A DNA stretch of 64,000 nt, taken from NCBI GenBank assembly GCA_030390025.1, contig CM059433.1, positions 6,138,001-6,202,000 on the forward strand. Reading direction: 5' to 3'. This document shows positions 54,801 through 63,793 of the stretch, piece after piece. The stretch comes from Squalus acanthias (Eukaryota). How positions within the stretch are numbered: position 1 is the stretch's first letter; each line of letters starts with the position of its first letter. Made by a program: the position numbers and the translations under genes. The notes under the pieces are model-generated. The model worked only from the letters and a program-made list of their open reading frames with translations. It was not told where the DNA came from and searched no databases.

Positions 54801-57800
54801 GCGCACCAACGTCCGTGTTCTCGCTCAGGCCAACATCCCCAGCATCGAAGCTTTGACCACGCTCTATCAGCTCCGATGGACAGGTCAGATCGTCCGCATG
54901 CCCGATACGAGACTCCCAAAACGAGCGCTCTACTCGGAGATCCGACACAGCAAGAGAGCCCCAGGTGGGCAGAGGAAACGCTTCAAGGACACCCTCAAAG
55001 CCTCCTTGGAAAAAGTGCAACATCCCCACCGACACCTGGAAATCCCTGGCCCAAGACTGCACAAAGTGGAGGAGAAGCATCCGCTCGCCACCTGGTTCAT
55101 GACTCCCCTCCGCAACCCCAACACTCCTGCCCAGCGCTCGTATATAATGAGCCATGCTGCCACCAGGAACATCATCGAGCAGACCATCGAGGTGTTCAAG
55201 CAACGGTTCCGCTGCCTTGACCACTCTGGAGGAGCCCTCCAGTACTCTGCTGAGCGGGTGTCTCATTTTGTCGTGGTCTGCTGCATGCTCCACAACTTGC
55301 CACCAGGGATTGCGGGACCACCTCAGGAGGAGGAAGAGGAGGAGGCGGCCACTCAATCGGCCTTCCGAAAGGGCAGTCCGTGACTGCCTCATCAGACTGT
55401 GGTTCCAATAAATTAAATCCCAGATCCCCATTGCTCACCACATCCCCATCATTCCATCCCTGTCGCAGGCCATATCACAGCGTAAAGCTGAAATGAGAGA
55501 CACCATGTGAATTGGGGGGGTGAAAACGCTCCACTGACTGTAGTCATACCTAGCACAAAGGAAGATGGTTGTGGTGGTTAGAGGTCAATCATCACAGCCC
55601 CAGGACAGCGCTGCAGGAGTTCCTCAGGGCAGTGTCCTTGGCCCAACCATCTTCAGCTGCTTCATCAATGACCTTCCCTCCAAAATAAGGTCAGAAATAG
55701 GGATGTTCGCTGATGACTGCAGTGTTCAGTGTCATTCACAACTCCTCAGATAATGAAGCAGTCCATGCCCGCATGCAACAAGACCTGGACGACATTCAGG
55801 CTTGGGCTGATGAGAGGCAGGTAACATTTGCACCACAAGTGCCAGGCAATGATTATCTCCAACAAGCGAGAGCCTAACCACCACCCCTTGATATTCAACA
55901 GCATTACCATCGCCGAATCCCCTACCATTAACATCCTGGGGGTCACCATTGACCAGAAACCTAACTGGACCAGCCACTAAATACTGTGGCAACAAGAGCA
56001 GATCAGGCTAGGTATTCTGCGGCGAGTGTCTCAGCTCCTGACTCCCCAAAGCCTTTCCACCATCTACAAGGCACAAGTCAGGAGTGTAATGGAATACTCT
56101 CCACTTGCCTGGATGAGTGCAGATCCAACAACGCTCAGTAAGCTCAACACCATTCAGGACATAACAGCCCGCTTGATTGGCACCCCATCCACCACCGTAA
56201 ACACTCACTCCCTCCACCACCGGCATACCGTGGCTGCAGTGTGCACCATCTGTGAAGGAATAAGCCATATAACCTATTCAGAAAAATACACCATTCTATG
56301 AAAGAATTCTGGCCTTATTAAAACATGACAAACTGGGTTTGGAAATCTAGAAACCTAACTATGAAAAAGCTGTGATAGCATTCTGGCTATTGAGATAAGA
56401 TAGTTGTTGACACTGAATCAATAACCTTATTGAAACAGAAGGTTAAAGGCTCCTGACAGGCTGACCTTTGGGAACAAGACAATGGTTCACCCTGGTTAAG
56501 GTGTTCTAATTTACACTTCGTAAAGAAGCACAAACATCTGCCTTCATAAAAATGACATCAAGTAAAACGCACCTGCTGTTACACTGTTTTTTATGGTAAA
56601 CTTAGAACACCTAGAGAAGAGACATAATTCTGTAATGCTACCAGCTGAGGTGACTAAAATTACTAGAGATAATTGGCTTACATCAGCAGAAAACCTTAAA
56701 GGAAATACCACTGGAAAAGGGTATAAATATTGAACTCTCAAATGGGATAGTAGACTCGCTGTAAAGGGGTAAAGCGATTCTCGGCTTCAGAGGCGGCTCT
56801 GTGTCTCCAACTCTTTGTACCTCGGGGATCAAGGGTACTGTATTTGATTTTGGTGGATATCCTGTAGAAAACTAAGAACTGTAAAACTGTAGCGAAGTTA
56901 AGATTTGAGAATAGGTTCTCTGATAGAATTGTAAGCTTTATCTTTTTGGAACTGCGATTGACTCAGCAACTGTAAATTACATGTCAATTCTTTAATAAAT
57001 CTATATATTTTTAGAATTGTCTCAATACTTCTGTATCAAACTCGCGAAACTCAATTTCTGTACCCTCTTTGGTGAGGAGTTGCAGAATTCTGGGGGAGTT
57101 TTCCGGACCCTCATAATAGCCAGAACGTTACAGTCTAGCTAAACTTATTAAAAGTGCTATCTGGAGGAAAGTAACATTTTCAGGTTGTTCCTTTCCTTTT
57201 ACGGAGAGATAGTCCGGACCTTTAGACCCAATTAAGCATCTTTAGGATTCGGCTACCTCAAACTTTAGTTGAAAGTGAACGTCTGAGGAATACGCCTGAT
57301 CTGGGGTAGCCCTAAAGGGGCTAGGACTAGTAATTATCCCTTCACATCTACAAGATGCACTGCAGCAACTCGCCAAGGCTTCTTCGGCAGCACCTCCCAA
57401 ACTCGCAACCTCTACCACCTAGAAGGACAAGGGCAGCAGGTGCATGGGAGCACCACCACCTCCAAGTTCCCCTCCAAGTCACACACCATCCTGACTTGGA
57501 AGTATATCATCGTTCCTTCAGTGTCGCTGGGTCAAAATCCTGGAACTCCCTCCTGAACAGCACTGTGGGAGCACCTTCACCACACGGACTGCCGCAGTTC
57601 AAGAAGGCGGCTCACCACCACCACCTTCTCGAGGGCAATTAGAGATGGGCAATAAATGCTGGCCTTGCCAGCAATGCCCACATCCCATGAACAAATTTTT
57701 TTAAAAAGCCAATAATCCAAACTGAATTAATAAATTTATCAATGATCAGTGAACACATATTTACTACAAAAACAATATTCCCTATTCACCCTTGTGCAAT

Positions 57801-60800
57801 CCCTTGGTGTGCCTCGTTACTGTGCCTTTGCCTACTCTAGTGCTCCTACAAAGTGTTGGCCCAGTGGCTGCAGCACGGCTGGCACAAGACTGCTGAGTGT
57901 CCGTGCGGGAGACTTCAGGTGGCCTTGCAGGACGCCCTCGACCGGCTCTGGGCCTGGAAGACCCGGCTGTAGATTGCACCACCTCAGCATAGGCAGCAGC
58001 AGTCTGGGCTGGCTGGATGACTGGCAGCGACAAGGACAATAGCAGAGTGGCAGTGGTGGGAGCAGGAATACTGTCATCCTGAGAGGACAGCAGCTTCCTG
58101 CTCCACTGACCCACTGCCACTCCCCCTGGAGAAGCACCTCAGCATCCCTAGCAATTGGTTGTAGCACAGATTGCTGGCCTGCTGCAACAGGTGGTAGACC
58201 CAGCCACGATGGCAGCAGTCAGAGGTTGCGTTTCATCAAGCTGAGACTGCATGAGAGGAGTCTGAGATTGAATACCACCAAGCATAGACTGCATTGCGTC
58301 ACTTCCGCTTGTGCTGCAATGGAAGCTGCCAGATCGCCCATCACACACGGCATCAGGTCTGGGTCACCACGATCTCTCTGGGAGCCATGATGCGGAGATG
58401 CCGGTGTTGGACTGGGGTGGACAAAAGTGAGAAGTCGCACAACACCAGGTTATAGTCCAACAGTTGTGATTTCAAATAAAACTGTTGGACTATAACCTGG
58501 TGTTGTGCGACTTCTCTCTGGGAGCCAACCATCCTTTGCAGACTGGAAATGATGGGCTCCATGGTGTGCGCAGAGCTCTGCAATGTTGGAGGCGGACTCC
58601 TCCATGCTCCTTACCATTGCCGAGAGGCTCTCTGGCACCCTTGCCATTGCACCTATCATCTCTGTGCATGCCCATCGCCCTTCTTCTAAAGGCCTCCCCA
58701 TCGAGGTCCTCATCTGAGTCCTGTGCAGCAGAACTTCCGTGCGAACCTGCCCTCCGGGGAGCTGGCCCCTGAGCTACCCTTTCCCCCCCGGCTTTGCTGC
58801 AGCCCACTCGTCCCCAGTGCATAACCCTGTGCAGATCCCGCTACTATACTAGCCTCTAAAGAACGCGTAGTGCCAGTATCTGAGCTGATGCCTGCGGGTG
58901 TGACATGCAGTGACATGGTGTCGTCTTCCTCCTCTTCTCCCGCCTCACTCTCAATGGTACCCTCGGACAGGCTGCTCAGGTGCTTGCTCATTATCTGAAA
59001 GCATAAAAGCACAAGCTTCAGGTTAAGGTAAGGGGAGGGGGCAGGATGGGAGAAAGTAGTTTCTGCAGCATCAATGAACCTCCCCTTTAAGAACTGGAAA
59101 GAGCCTGTGCCAATGATGACTTGTGATTAGACTGCACCTGACATTGGTCAGCGCTTCGAGTTTAACGCCACTGAGCTAGGTCATTAGCGCTCCAATCCTT
59201 GCTTTGTGCAATGAGACGGAATTTTGCCTGGCACTAATTCTCAAACTTTTCAAAAGTTACCACCCATTCCTGGGCTATAATGAATTTCTTCCCCCTTAGT
59301 GATTGAACATCTGTCTTGTGAACTGAACTCTGAAGCCCCAGACTGTCAATAATGCTAATTAGGAATGCATTTCTGTTAACTGACCGTATAATGTTTGTAT
59401 TTTGCGTTTAACACTTCCCTAGAGTAAAAGCTACATTGGTTGACTTCGTTCCTGCCTGCATTATTAAAGCACTTTTTCTGCAAAAGATGTCTGTCCAAGT
59501 GTTTTATTTTAGTTCTTTATAATCTTTGGTTTTTCCCACTCGGGAGGCCTTGGGGCCAAGAGAAAAAGAACAGCAACATCTAATTTTATGTAGTCATACA
59601 CTTGGGTTAAATTTTTGCATGACATGAGGGAAGCTGTTGCTGATGTCCAAGTCAGCTTGTCATTCTTGTGTTTTACATTCAAATATACACATTCTACAAT
59701 CTTATGGTGAACAGGATACAGTAAAATTCTGGGATCTGCCTATTGCTACTGTGAATGAAATGGGGATCTCAGTCTTAAGAATAACTTACTCCTGCCTGCA
59801 GAAGATCTTGTGGTGTTGGATATATTGGGCTCGATTTTGTCATGGGGCGGGCTGGGGTCATGTCATCCGCTTTTCGTGTTAGCCACCCGACTCCAATTGG
59901 ATGTGGGAGAATTATTCGATTTTCCCCTAATTGGGCAATTGAGTTCCAGTATGTGGGAACCCATGACCCAATTAGTTTTTTCAGTCTGAAAGTCGCCTCT
60001 GATGATGTCATCATTGCTGCTGCATGTAAGGTCTGCAAAGACTGGGAAGCTTTTGGCCTTTGCTGTGAGAGGACCTGGAGGCAAAATGAGCAGCAGGAGA
60101 CCCAAGTCTGCTCTGATTTTTTTTTCCTCCTCCACCACCACCACCACCACCACTACTACTACTACTCCAGGCTCCAAACTTCCACAACAATGGTTATGAC
60201 TGCTAAAAGTTCCCCCAGAATGATGATTGATAAAATCTCCTTCTTAATGGTGGACCTGCAGCTGATAGTCAGCAATCCAAGTGTGCTACCGCCAGGTTTC
60301 ACCGTCGTGTTTCAGAGGAGGCGTGCATCATGTCGGAAAAGTGTTAAAATCAGAAAGGCCTCTCAAAATGGGATTTTTGAGGCAATTAAGTGGTTGTTAA
60401 GGGCCTTAAGGACCTATCCCGCCTCTTGAGGCGGGACGGAGACGGGATCAGAAACCACACATTTGGGAAAATTGCTTGGAGGCGGGGGTTGGGCCCGCCC
60501 ACCATTTTTTGCAATTTTAACACCCCACACGCCTCCATTCCCGCCTCCTCAGGCCTGGCAAAATCGAGCCCATTATATCTAAATTATCTGTGCTAATGAT
60601 TCAAATGTTCAACCCAAAGCATAGAAGTGCCTATTCCCATCAATTTATCATAGTTGCTTCAGTATAAGGAAAATAAATATATATAGTAATGATGTGTCAA
60701 TGTAAGAAAAGAACAGATTTATTTTTCACCATCTACTTTCTGCTATCTTGCATGTTGGAATTGTGTTGTACATCTTTGCTTAATGCCAGTTAAATTTAAA

Positions 60801-61411
60801 TATAGGAGCTCTCAACTCTACTTTCCATTTAAAGTGCTCGCTCACTCCTAATTTAACAAAATGACAAAAAATTTAATCCATGAAAAACTATTTTAATTTT
60901 TTTCCCTTTTATTTTGACATTGAGCTCCAGCATGTTCAATGTTTTCACACTGCACAGGGGATCTGGAATCCCTTCCATAGGAAGGAAGAAAAAAGGATAT
61001 AGGAAATTGGTTAAATTGGACTGTTTGATTTTATGAAGGTGGGGCAGGTTTTTTATAAATAGCAGACCAGTTCCTCTTCCCCCCCCCCCCCCCCCCCCCC
61101 TCTTTCTGCTGGAAGAATATTAATGGTGGCTATAGTTTTATTTATGGCCTTAATCATCCCACAAAGACTTCTGATGCAGTGGAGACTTGTGGGAAACCGT
61201 GAAAGGTTAATAATACAGAAGCAAGTGGTCCAAGTAAACATTTATGAAAGCTGTTCGCACTCACTAGAGCAGAACAGTTATACTTCTCTATTTTCCTGAA
61301 TATATCTTGATTTGTTTTGTGAGTGAAACAAAACTCAATTCTATTTTTACCTTTCCAGGCATGTTCTTCCTGGCTAATGAATCGCCGAAGATGAATACAT
61401 TCTATGTTCCA
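24663..61411 (+). CDS. NOL10: Nucleolar protein 10 (WD40, Enp2 homologue), partial multi-exon gene span, exons 1-13; continues right of the window
   Basis: 13 GT-AG exons splice in frame to 342 aa: MQVSSVNDVKIYNLSHGRSLPEWLSDRKKR...GMFFLANESPKMNTFYVP. Confidence 0.97.
24868..25507 (-). mobile_element. CR1 LINE 3' fragment
   Basis: LYRALVRPHLEYCVQFWSP...RRMRGDLIE...FTQRVVNLWNSL plus CR1 tail. Confidence 0.95.
25515..25760 (+). mobile_element. Degraded DeuSINE fragment
   Basis: TTGCTGTGCGCAAATTGGCCGCC Deu-domain-like match to 11626-12037. Confidence 0.65.
25765..26375 (+). mobile_element. CR1 LINE 3' fragment
   Basis: YRTLVRPHLEYCLQFWAP motif and 3' end. Confidence 0.9.
26612..27965 (-). mobile_element. 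CR1 LINE, RT and 3' end
   Basis: [51 protein letters not shown]. Confidence 0.95.
27966..29260 (-). mobile_element. Older, diverged copy of the CR1-group LINE family seen at 29460-32209
   Basis: Degenerate matches (ISLFPIIRKLMEGVINSAIKQ; HHWHTVAAVCAI). Confidence 0.75.
28813..28974. mobile_element. hAT-type MITE nested in the LINE
   Basis: Ends AATGTTCCC...GGGAAAATTG; 8-bp TSD CTTGGAAC / CTTGGCAC. Confidence 0.7.
29460..32209 (-). mobile_element. CR1-group LINE with both ends (APE endonuclease + RT, internal deletion ~30975) and a tRNA-like 5' head
   Basis: A box TAGCAGAGTGG (32196-32206), B box GAGTTCAAACC (32154-32164); EN motifs KVLLTNIW (31801-31825), TTYCPP, WVGDYN; RT motifs QFGFRQ, LDIKAAFDRVWH, MFADD; tail CATGAATGAAGTAAAAA. 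Confidence 0.9.
34132..34215 (-). mobile_element. Penelope-like fragment (family B) with a degenerate hammerhead core
   Basis: Minus strand CTGACAA-AGGGGCAGCAGCTCC-GAAAGCTCGT; matches 46609-46690. Confidence 0.7.
35321..35366 (+). CDS. NOL10: NOL10 exon 2 (46 nt)
   Basis: ttcag|WLSDRKKRTLQKNDV(D)|gtgagt. Confidence 0.95.
35699..36392 (-). mobile_element. CR1 LINE 3' fragment
   Basis: KAYGILSFISRG...YKTLVSPQLEYCIQFWSP; tail reads ATAGAATCATAGAA on the plus strand. Confidence 0.9.
38240..38338 (+). CDS. NOL10: NOL10 exon 3 (99 nt)
   Basis: ctag|IRRRIELIQDFEMPTVSTTIKVSRDGQYIIAT(G)|gtaaat. Confidence 0.96.
38690..39765 (+). mobile_element. Old CR1 fragment with a younger CR1 3' end nested at ~38855-39263
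   Basis: LVPMFKNGDK, then RRMRGDLIETYK and a CR1 tail, then degenerate GFRRGQSCLT/KVPH motifs. Confidence 0.75.
39765..40545 (-). mobile_element. L2 LINE fragment
   Basis: NALLVGL...QLVQSSAAHILSR...ISAVLADLHRLP. Confidence 0.8.
40614..40691 (+). CDS. NOL10: NOL10 exon 4 (78 nt)
   Basis: tgcag|TYKPRIRCYDTYQLSMKFERCLDSE(V)|gttgga. Confidence 0.96.
40950..42815 (-). mobile_element. Degraded L2 LINE
   Basis: FKTVVITLLLKK, TETPLIKVTND, PLLFLIYMLPL, HVDDMQLYL, KICILMFKSPHGLAPCYL. Confidence 0.85.
43470..43507 (+). CDS. NOL10: NOL10 exon 5 (38 nt)
   Basis: tgcag|VTFEILSDDYSK|gtatgt. Confidence 0.95.
43684..43820 (+). CDS. NOL10: NOL10 exon 6 (137 nt)
   Basis: tgtag|IVFLQCDRYVEFHSQHGRYYRTRIPKFGRDFSYHYPSCDLYFVGA(S)|gtatgc. 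Confidence 0.97.
44804..44869 (+). CDS. NOL10: NOL10 exon 7 (66 nt)
   Basis: tgcag|SEVYRLNLEQGRFLNSLQTDA(S)|gtaagt. Confidence 0.96.
46033..46093 (+). CDS. NOL10: NOL10 exon 8 (61 nt)
   Basis: ctcag|QNNVCDINPTHYLFATGTTE|gtaata. Confidence 0.95.
46572..46730 (+). mobile_element. Penelope-like pLTR fragment (family B)
   Basis: 13-bp TSD TTATAAATATCTA (46559-46571 / 46731-46743); shares sequence with the copies at 34132, 58388 and 63615; contains a hammerhead core. Confidence 0.8.
46605..46642 (+). ncRNA. Minimal type I hammerhead ribozyme motif
   Basis: UCAC-CUGAGGA-A-GGAGC-gaua-GCUCC-GAAA-GC-UU-GUGA: conserved CUGANGA and GAAA boxes, 5-bp helix II, palindromic helix III (AAGCUU), helix I UCAC/GUGA. 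Confidence 0.75.
47310..47395 (+). CDS. NOL10: NOL10 exon 9 (86 nt)
   Basis: tttag|GKVECWDPRTRNRVGILDCALSSVTNDT(E)|gtaagc. Confidence 0.96.
49760..49838 (+). CDS. NOL10: NOL10 exon 10 (79 nt)
   Basis: tacag|IDGLPSISALKFKGALHMVVGTTTGQ|gtgagt. Confidence 0.96.
51130..51582 (+). mobile_element. Internally deleted fragments of the CR1-group LINE family
   Basis: RT piece (SQPQDITAGVP...PTIFSCFINDLP) joined to tail GGATGGGCAATAAATG. Confidence 0.75.
51736..51885 (+). CDS. NOL10: NOL10 exon 11 (150 nt)
   Basis: acaag|VLLYDLRSSRPLIVKDHHYGLPIQSIEFQEQLDLVISADSRIVKMWNQNT|gtaggt. Confidence 0.96.
52852..52918 (+). CDS. NOL10: NOL10 exon 12 (67 nt)
   Basis: tttag|GKIFTSIESEHEINDLCLYPNS(G)|gtaagt. Confidence 0.96.
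53505..55411 (+). pseudogene. Harbinger DDE transposase, frameshifted and interrupted by an RTE insertion
   Basis: [76 protein letters not shown]. Confidence 0.9.
54234..55078. mobile_element. RTE-clade LINE insertion with internal inversion
   Basis: 8-bp TSD ATCCGCTC (54226-54233 / 55079-55086); plus-strand RTE peptide LERYHQRCLRKILQIHWQD...RLPKRALYSE...GGQRKRFKDTLK; RTE-like 3' tail on the minus strand at the left end. Confidence 0.85.
55520..57707 (+). mobile_element. 5'-truncated CR1-group LINE (family of 29460-32209), split by a solo LTR
   Basis: VPQGSVLGPTIFSCFINDLP, MFADD, IYKAQVRSVMEYSPLAW; sequence resumes at ~57345 with TACAAGATGCAC. Confidence 0.92.
56251..57344 (+). mobile_element. 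Probable solo LTR (~1.1 kb)
   Basis: TG...CA ends with inverted repeat TGAAGGAATAA / TTATCCCTTCA; TSD CATC; TATAAA 56722-56727; AATAAA 56994-56999; no long ORF. Confidence 0.75.
57750..58994 (-). pseudogene. Harbinger ORF2 (Myb/SANT accessory protein gene) 3' exon remnant
   Basis: Convergent to the transposase inside the TIRs; acceptor tttcag at 58995; peptide similar to ~9260-9800; the Myb domain itself was not seen. Confidence 0.6.
58388..58516. mobile_element. Penelope-like inverted pLTR insertion (family B)
   Basis: TSD TCTCTCTGGGAGCCA (58373-58387 / 58513-58527); arms 58429-58465 and ~58480-58516 are reverse complements. Confidence 0.8.
59827..60571. mobile_element. Harbinger-type MITE
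   Basis: Perfect 13-bp TIR GGGCTCGATTTTG / CAAAATCGAGCCC; 3-bp TSD ATT; internal (CAC)n(TAC)n microsatellite. Confidence 0.85.
61359..61411 (+). CDS. NOL10: NOL10 exon 13 (53 nt)
   Basis: tccag|MFFLANESPKMNTFYVP|gtaagt. Confidence 0.95.
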
Positions 61412-61764
61412 GTAAGTACAGCAGATTGGTGAATTTCTTTGTGATGTTTTCACAAAATTGTGGAAAGATTATTTTGTATTTATCTAGCTTCTAGGATTTC
61501 ATCCGCCTTTTTAATTGGAGGTTTCTATTGAGAAGCTTATTTTAGGTAAAATAACATAATTTGCTTGTACTAGTGCTATATAACTTTTCACTTGGGTTTT
61601 GCTCATAAATAGCAGCTTTCATTAAACGTGAGCCAGCAGTACAGCTCTTAAGTGCTTTTCTCCTCCAGTATTTTGTGTGTTTGCCATTATTGTAGAAGTC
61701 TTGGCAGTCAGTGCTGGGAATTTGTTCAACTATGGGGTTGTCATAGTCAAATCTGTGGGTCATC

Positions 61765-63358
61765 AGCAGAATTGTATTCCACCACAATCTGTAACCTCCT
61801 GGCCCACATATCCCTCACTCTACCATTACCATCAAGACTGGGGACCAACCCTGGTTCAATGAGGAGTGTAGAAGAGCATGCCAGGAGCAGCACCAGGCAT
61901 ACCTAAAATTAGGTGCCAACCTGGGGAAACTACAACACTGGACTACCTGCACACTAAACAGCGGAAGCTAAGCAATCCCACAACCAACAGATCAGATCAA
62001 AGCTCTGCAGTCCTGCCACATCCAGTCGTGAATGATGGTGGACAATTAAACAACTAACTGGAGGAGGAGGCTCCATTAACATCCCCATCCTCCGTGATGG
62101 CGGAGCCCAGCACACGAGTACAGCAGACAAGGCTGAAGCGTTTGCAAACATCTTCAGCCAGAAGTGCCAAGTGGATGATCCTGCTCGCCCTGCGGTCCCC
62201 ACCATCACAGAAGCCAGTCTTCAGCCAATTCGATTTACTCCACGTGATATCAAGAAACGGCTGAGCGCACTGTATACAGCAAAGGCTATGGGCCCCAACA
62301 ACATCCCGGATGTCGAACTGCAGACTTGTGCTCTAGAACTAACTGTGCCTCCAGCTAAGCTGTTCCAGTACAGCTATAGCACTGCCATCTATCAGACAAT
62401 GTGGAAAACTGCCCAGGTATGTCTTGTCCACAAAGAGCAGGACAAATCCAATCAGTCCAATTACCGCCCCATCAGTCTGCTCTCAATCATCAGCAAAGTG
62501 ATGGAAGGTGTCATCGATAGTGCTATCAAGCGGCACTTCTCGCCAATAACCTGCTCGCTGATGCCCAGCTTGGGTTCTGCCAGGACCACTCGGCTCCAGA
62601 CCTCATTACAGCCTTAGTCCAAACATGGACAAAAGAGCTGAATTCCAGAGGTGAGGTGAGAGTGCCTGCCCTAGACATCAAGGCAGCATTTGACTGAGTG
62701 TGGCATCAAGGAGCCCTAGTAAAATTGAAGTCGATGGGAATCGGGGGAAACTCTCCACTGGCTGAAGTCCTACCTAGCACAAAGGAAGATGGTTGTTGGA
62801 AGTCAATCATCTCAGCCCCAGGGCATCGCTGCAGGAGTTCCTCAGGGCAGTGTCCTAGGCCCAACCATCTTCAGTTGCTCCATCAATGACCTTCCCTCCA
62901 TCATAAGGTCAAAAGTGGAGATGTTCGCTGATGACCACACAGTGTTCATTCGCAACTCCTCAGATAATGAAGCAGTCCATGCCCCAGGCAACCAGACCTG
63001 GACAACATTCAGGCTTGGACTGATAAGTGACAAGTAACATTCGCTCCACAAGTGCCAGGCAATGACTATCTCCAACAAGAGAGTGTCTAACCACCGCACC
63101 TTGACATTCAACACCACCTCCAAGTTCCCCTCCAAGTCTCACACCATGCTGACTTGGAAATATATCGCCGTTCCTTCATCATCGCTGGGTCAAAATCCTG
63201 GAACTCCCTAACAGCACTGTGGGAGTACCTTCACTACATGGACTGCAGCGGTTCAAGAAGGCGGCTCATCACCACCTTCTCGAGGGCAATTAGGGATAGG
63301 CAATAAATGCTGGCCTTGCCAGCGACACCCTCATCCCATGAATGAATAGGGAAAAAAA
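61765..63358 (+). mobile_element. CR1-group LINE (family of 29460-32209), 5'-truncated, internal deletion ~63113
   Basis: KAMGPNNIP, NYRPISLLSIISKVME, VPQGSVLGP, MFADD; tail CCCATGAATGAAT. Confidence 0.93.
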
Positions 63359-63614
63359 TCCCACTTTAGTGTTTCTAGCATTTCCTTACATGCCTACTGG
63401 ATAGAAGAGGGCAACCTGACCGCAATTTGGATCTGTGACAGTGGCTGATATTTTTTTTCTCCATCCATAGCCTGAGGATACTGCCACTAATTATAGCATC
63501 TCCACTACTATCCTTGCTGAATCAGCACTGATGAACTTTTGAACTTGGCACCTTGCCTTGCTGTGGGTGCCTCCATACAGTGCAGTTATTAGGAGACTTC
63601 ACTCAATATTTTAA

Positions 63615-63793
63615 GTGGCCATGATGTGGAGATGCCGGTGTTGGACTGGGGTGGACAAAAGTGAGAAGTCGCACAACACCAGGTTATAGTCCAACAGCTT
63701 TATTTGAAATCTCAAGCTTTTGGAGCGCTGCTCCGAAAGCTTGTGATTTCAAATAAAGCTGTTGGACTATAACCTGGTGTGCGACTTCTCACA
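63615..63793. mobile_element. Penelope-like fold-back pLTR insertion (family B)
   Basis: 12-bp TSD TCAATATTTTAA (63603-63614 / 63794-63805); ~65-bp inverted arms centred on GGAGC-gct-GCTCC. Confidence 0.82.

Larger units (their letters stand above)
53016..59295. mobile_element. PIF/Harbinger transposon with both ends, decayed, with four nested insertions
   Basis: TIRs GGGGGAAAAATTCA / TGAATTTCTTCCCCC with TTA TSD (53013-53015, 59296-59298); convergent transposase and ORF2 remnants. Confidence 0.9.

Noticed and set aside
54718..55383. 221-aa ORF fusing the RTE C-terminus to the Harbinger transposase C-terminus
   Set aside because: Chance in-frame junction at an insertion site; both parents are truncated and frameshifted
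53505..55411. Possible domesticated HARBI1 gene nested in NOL10
   Set aside because: Frameshifts, nested insertion, flanking TIR/TSD and multiple decayed paralogues show it is a transposon copy
59842..60429. 195-aa ORF with polyHis/polyTyr
   Set aside because: Inside a MITE and driven by a CAC/TAC microsatellite
46572..63793. Recurrent palindromic repeats suggestive of CRISPR-like or miRNA arrays
   Set aside because: Dispersed, individually TSD-flanked retroelement insertions with no repeat-spacer periodicity, in a eukaryotic genome
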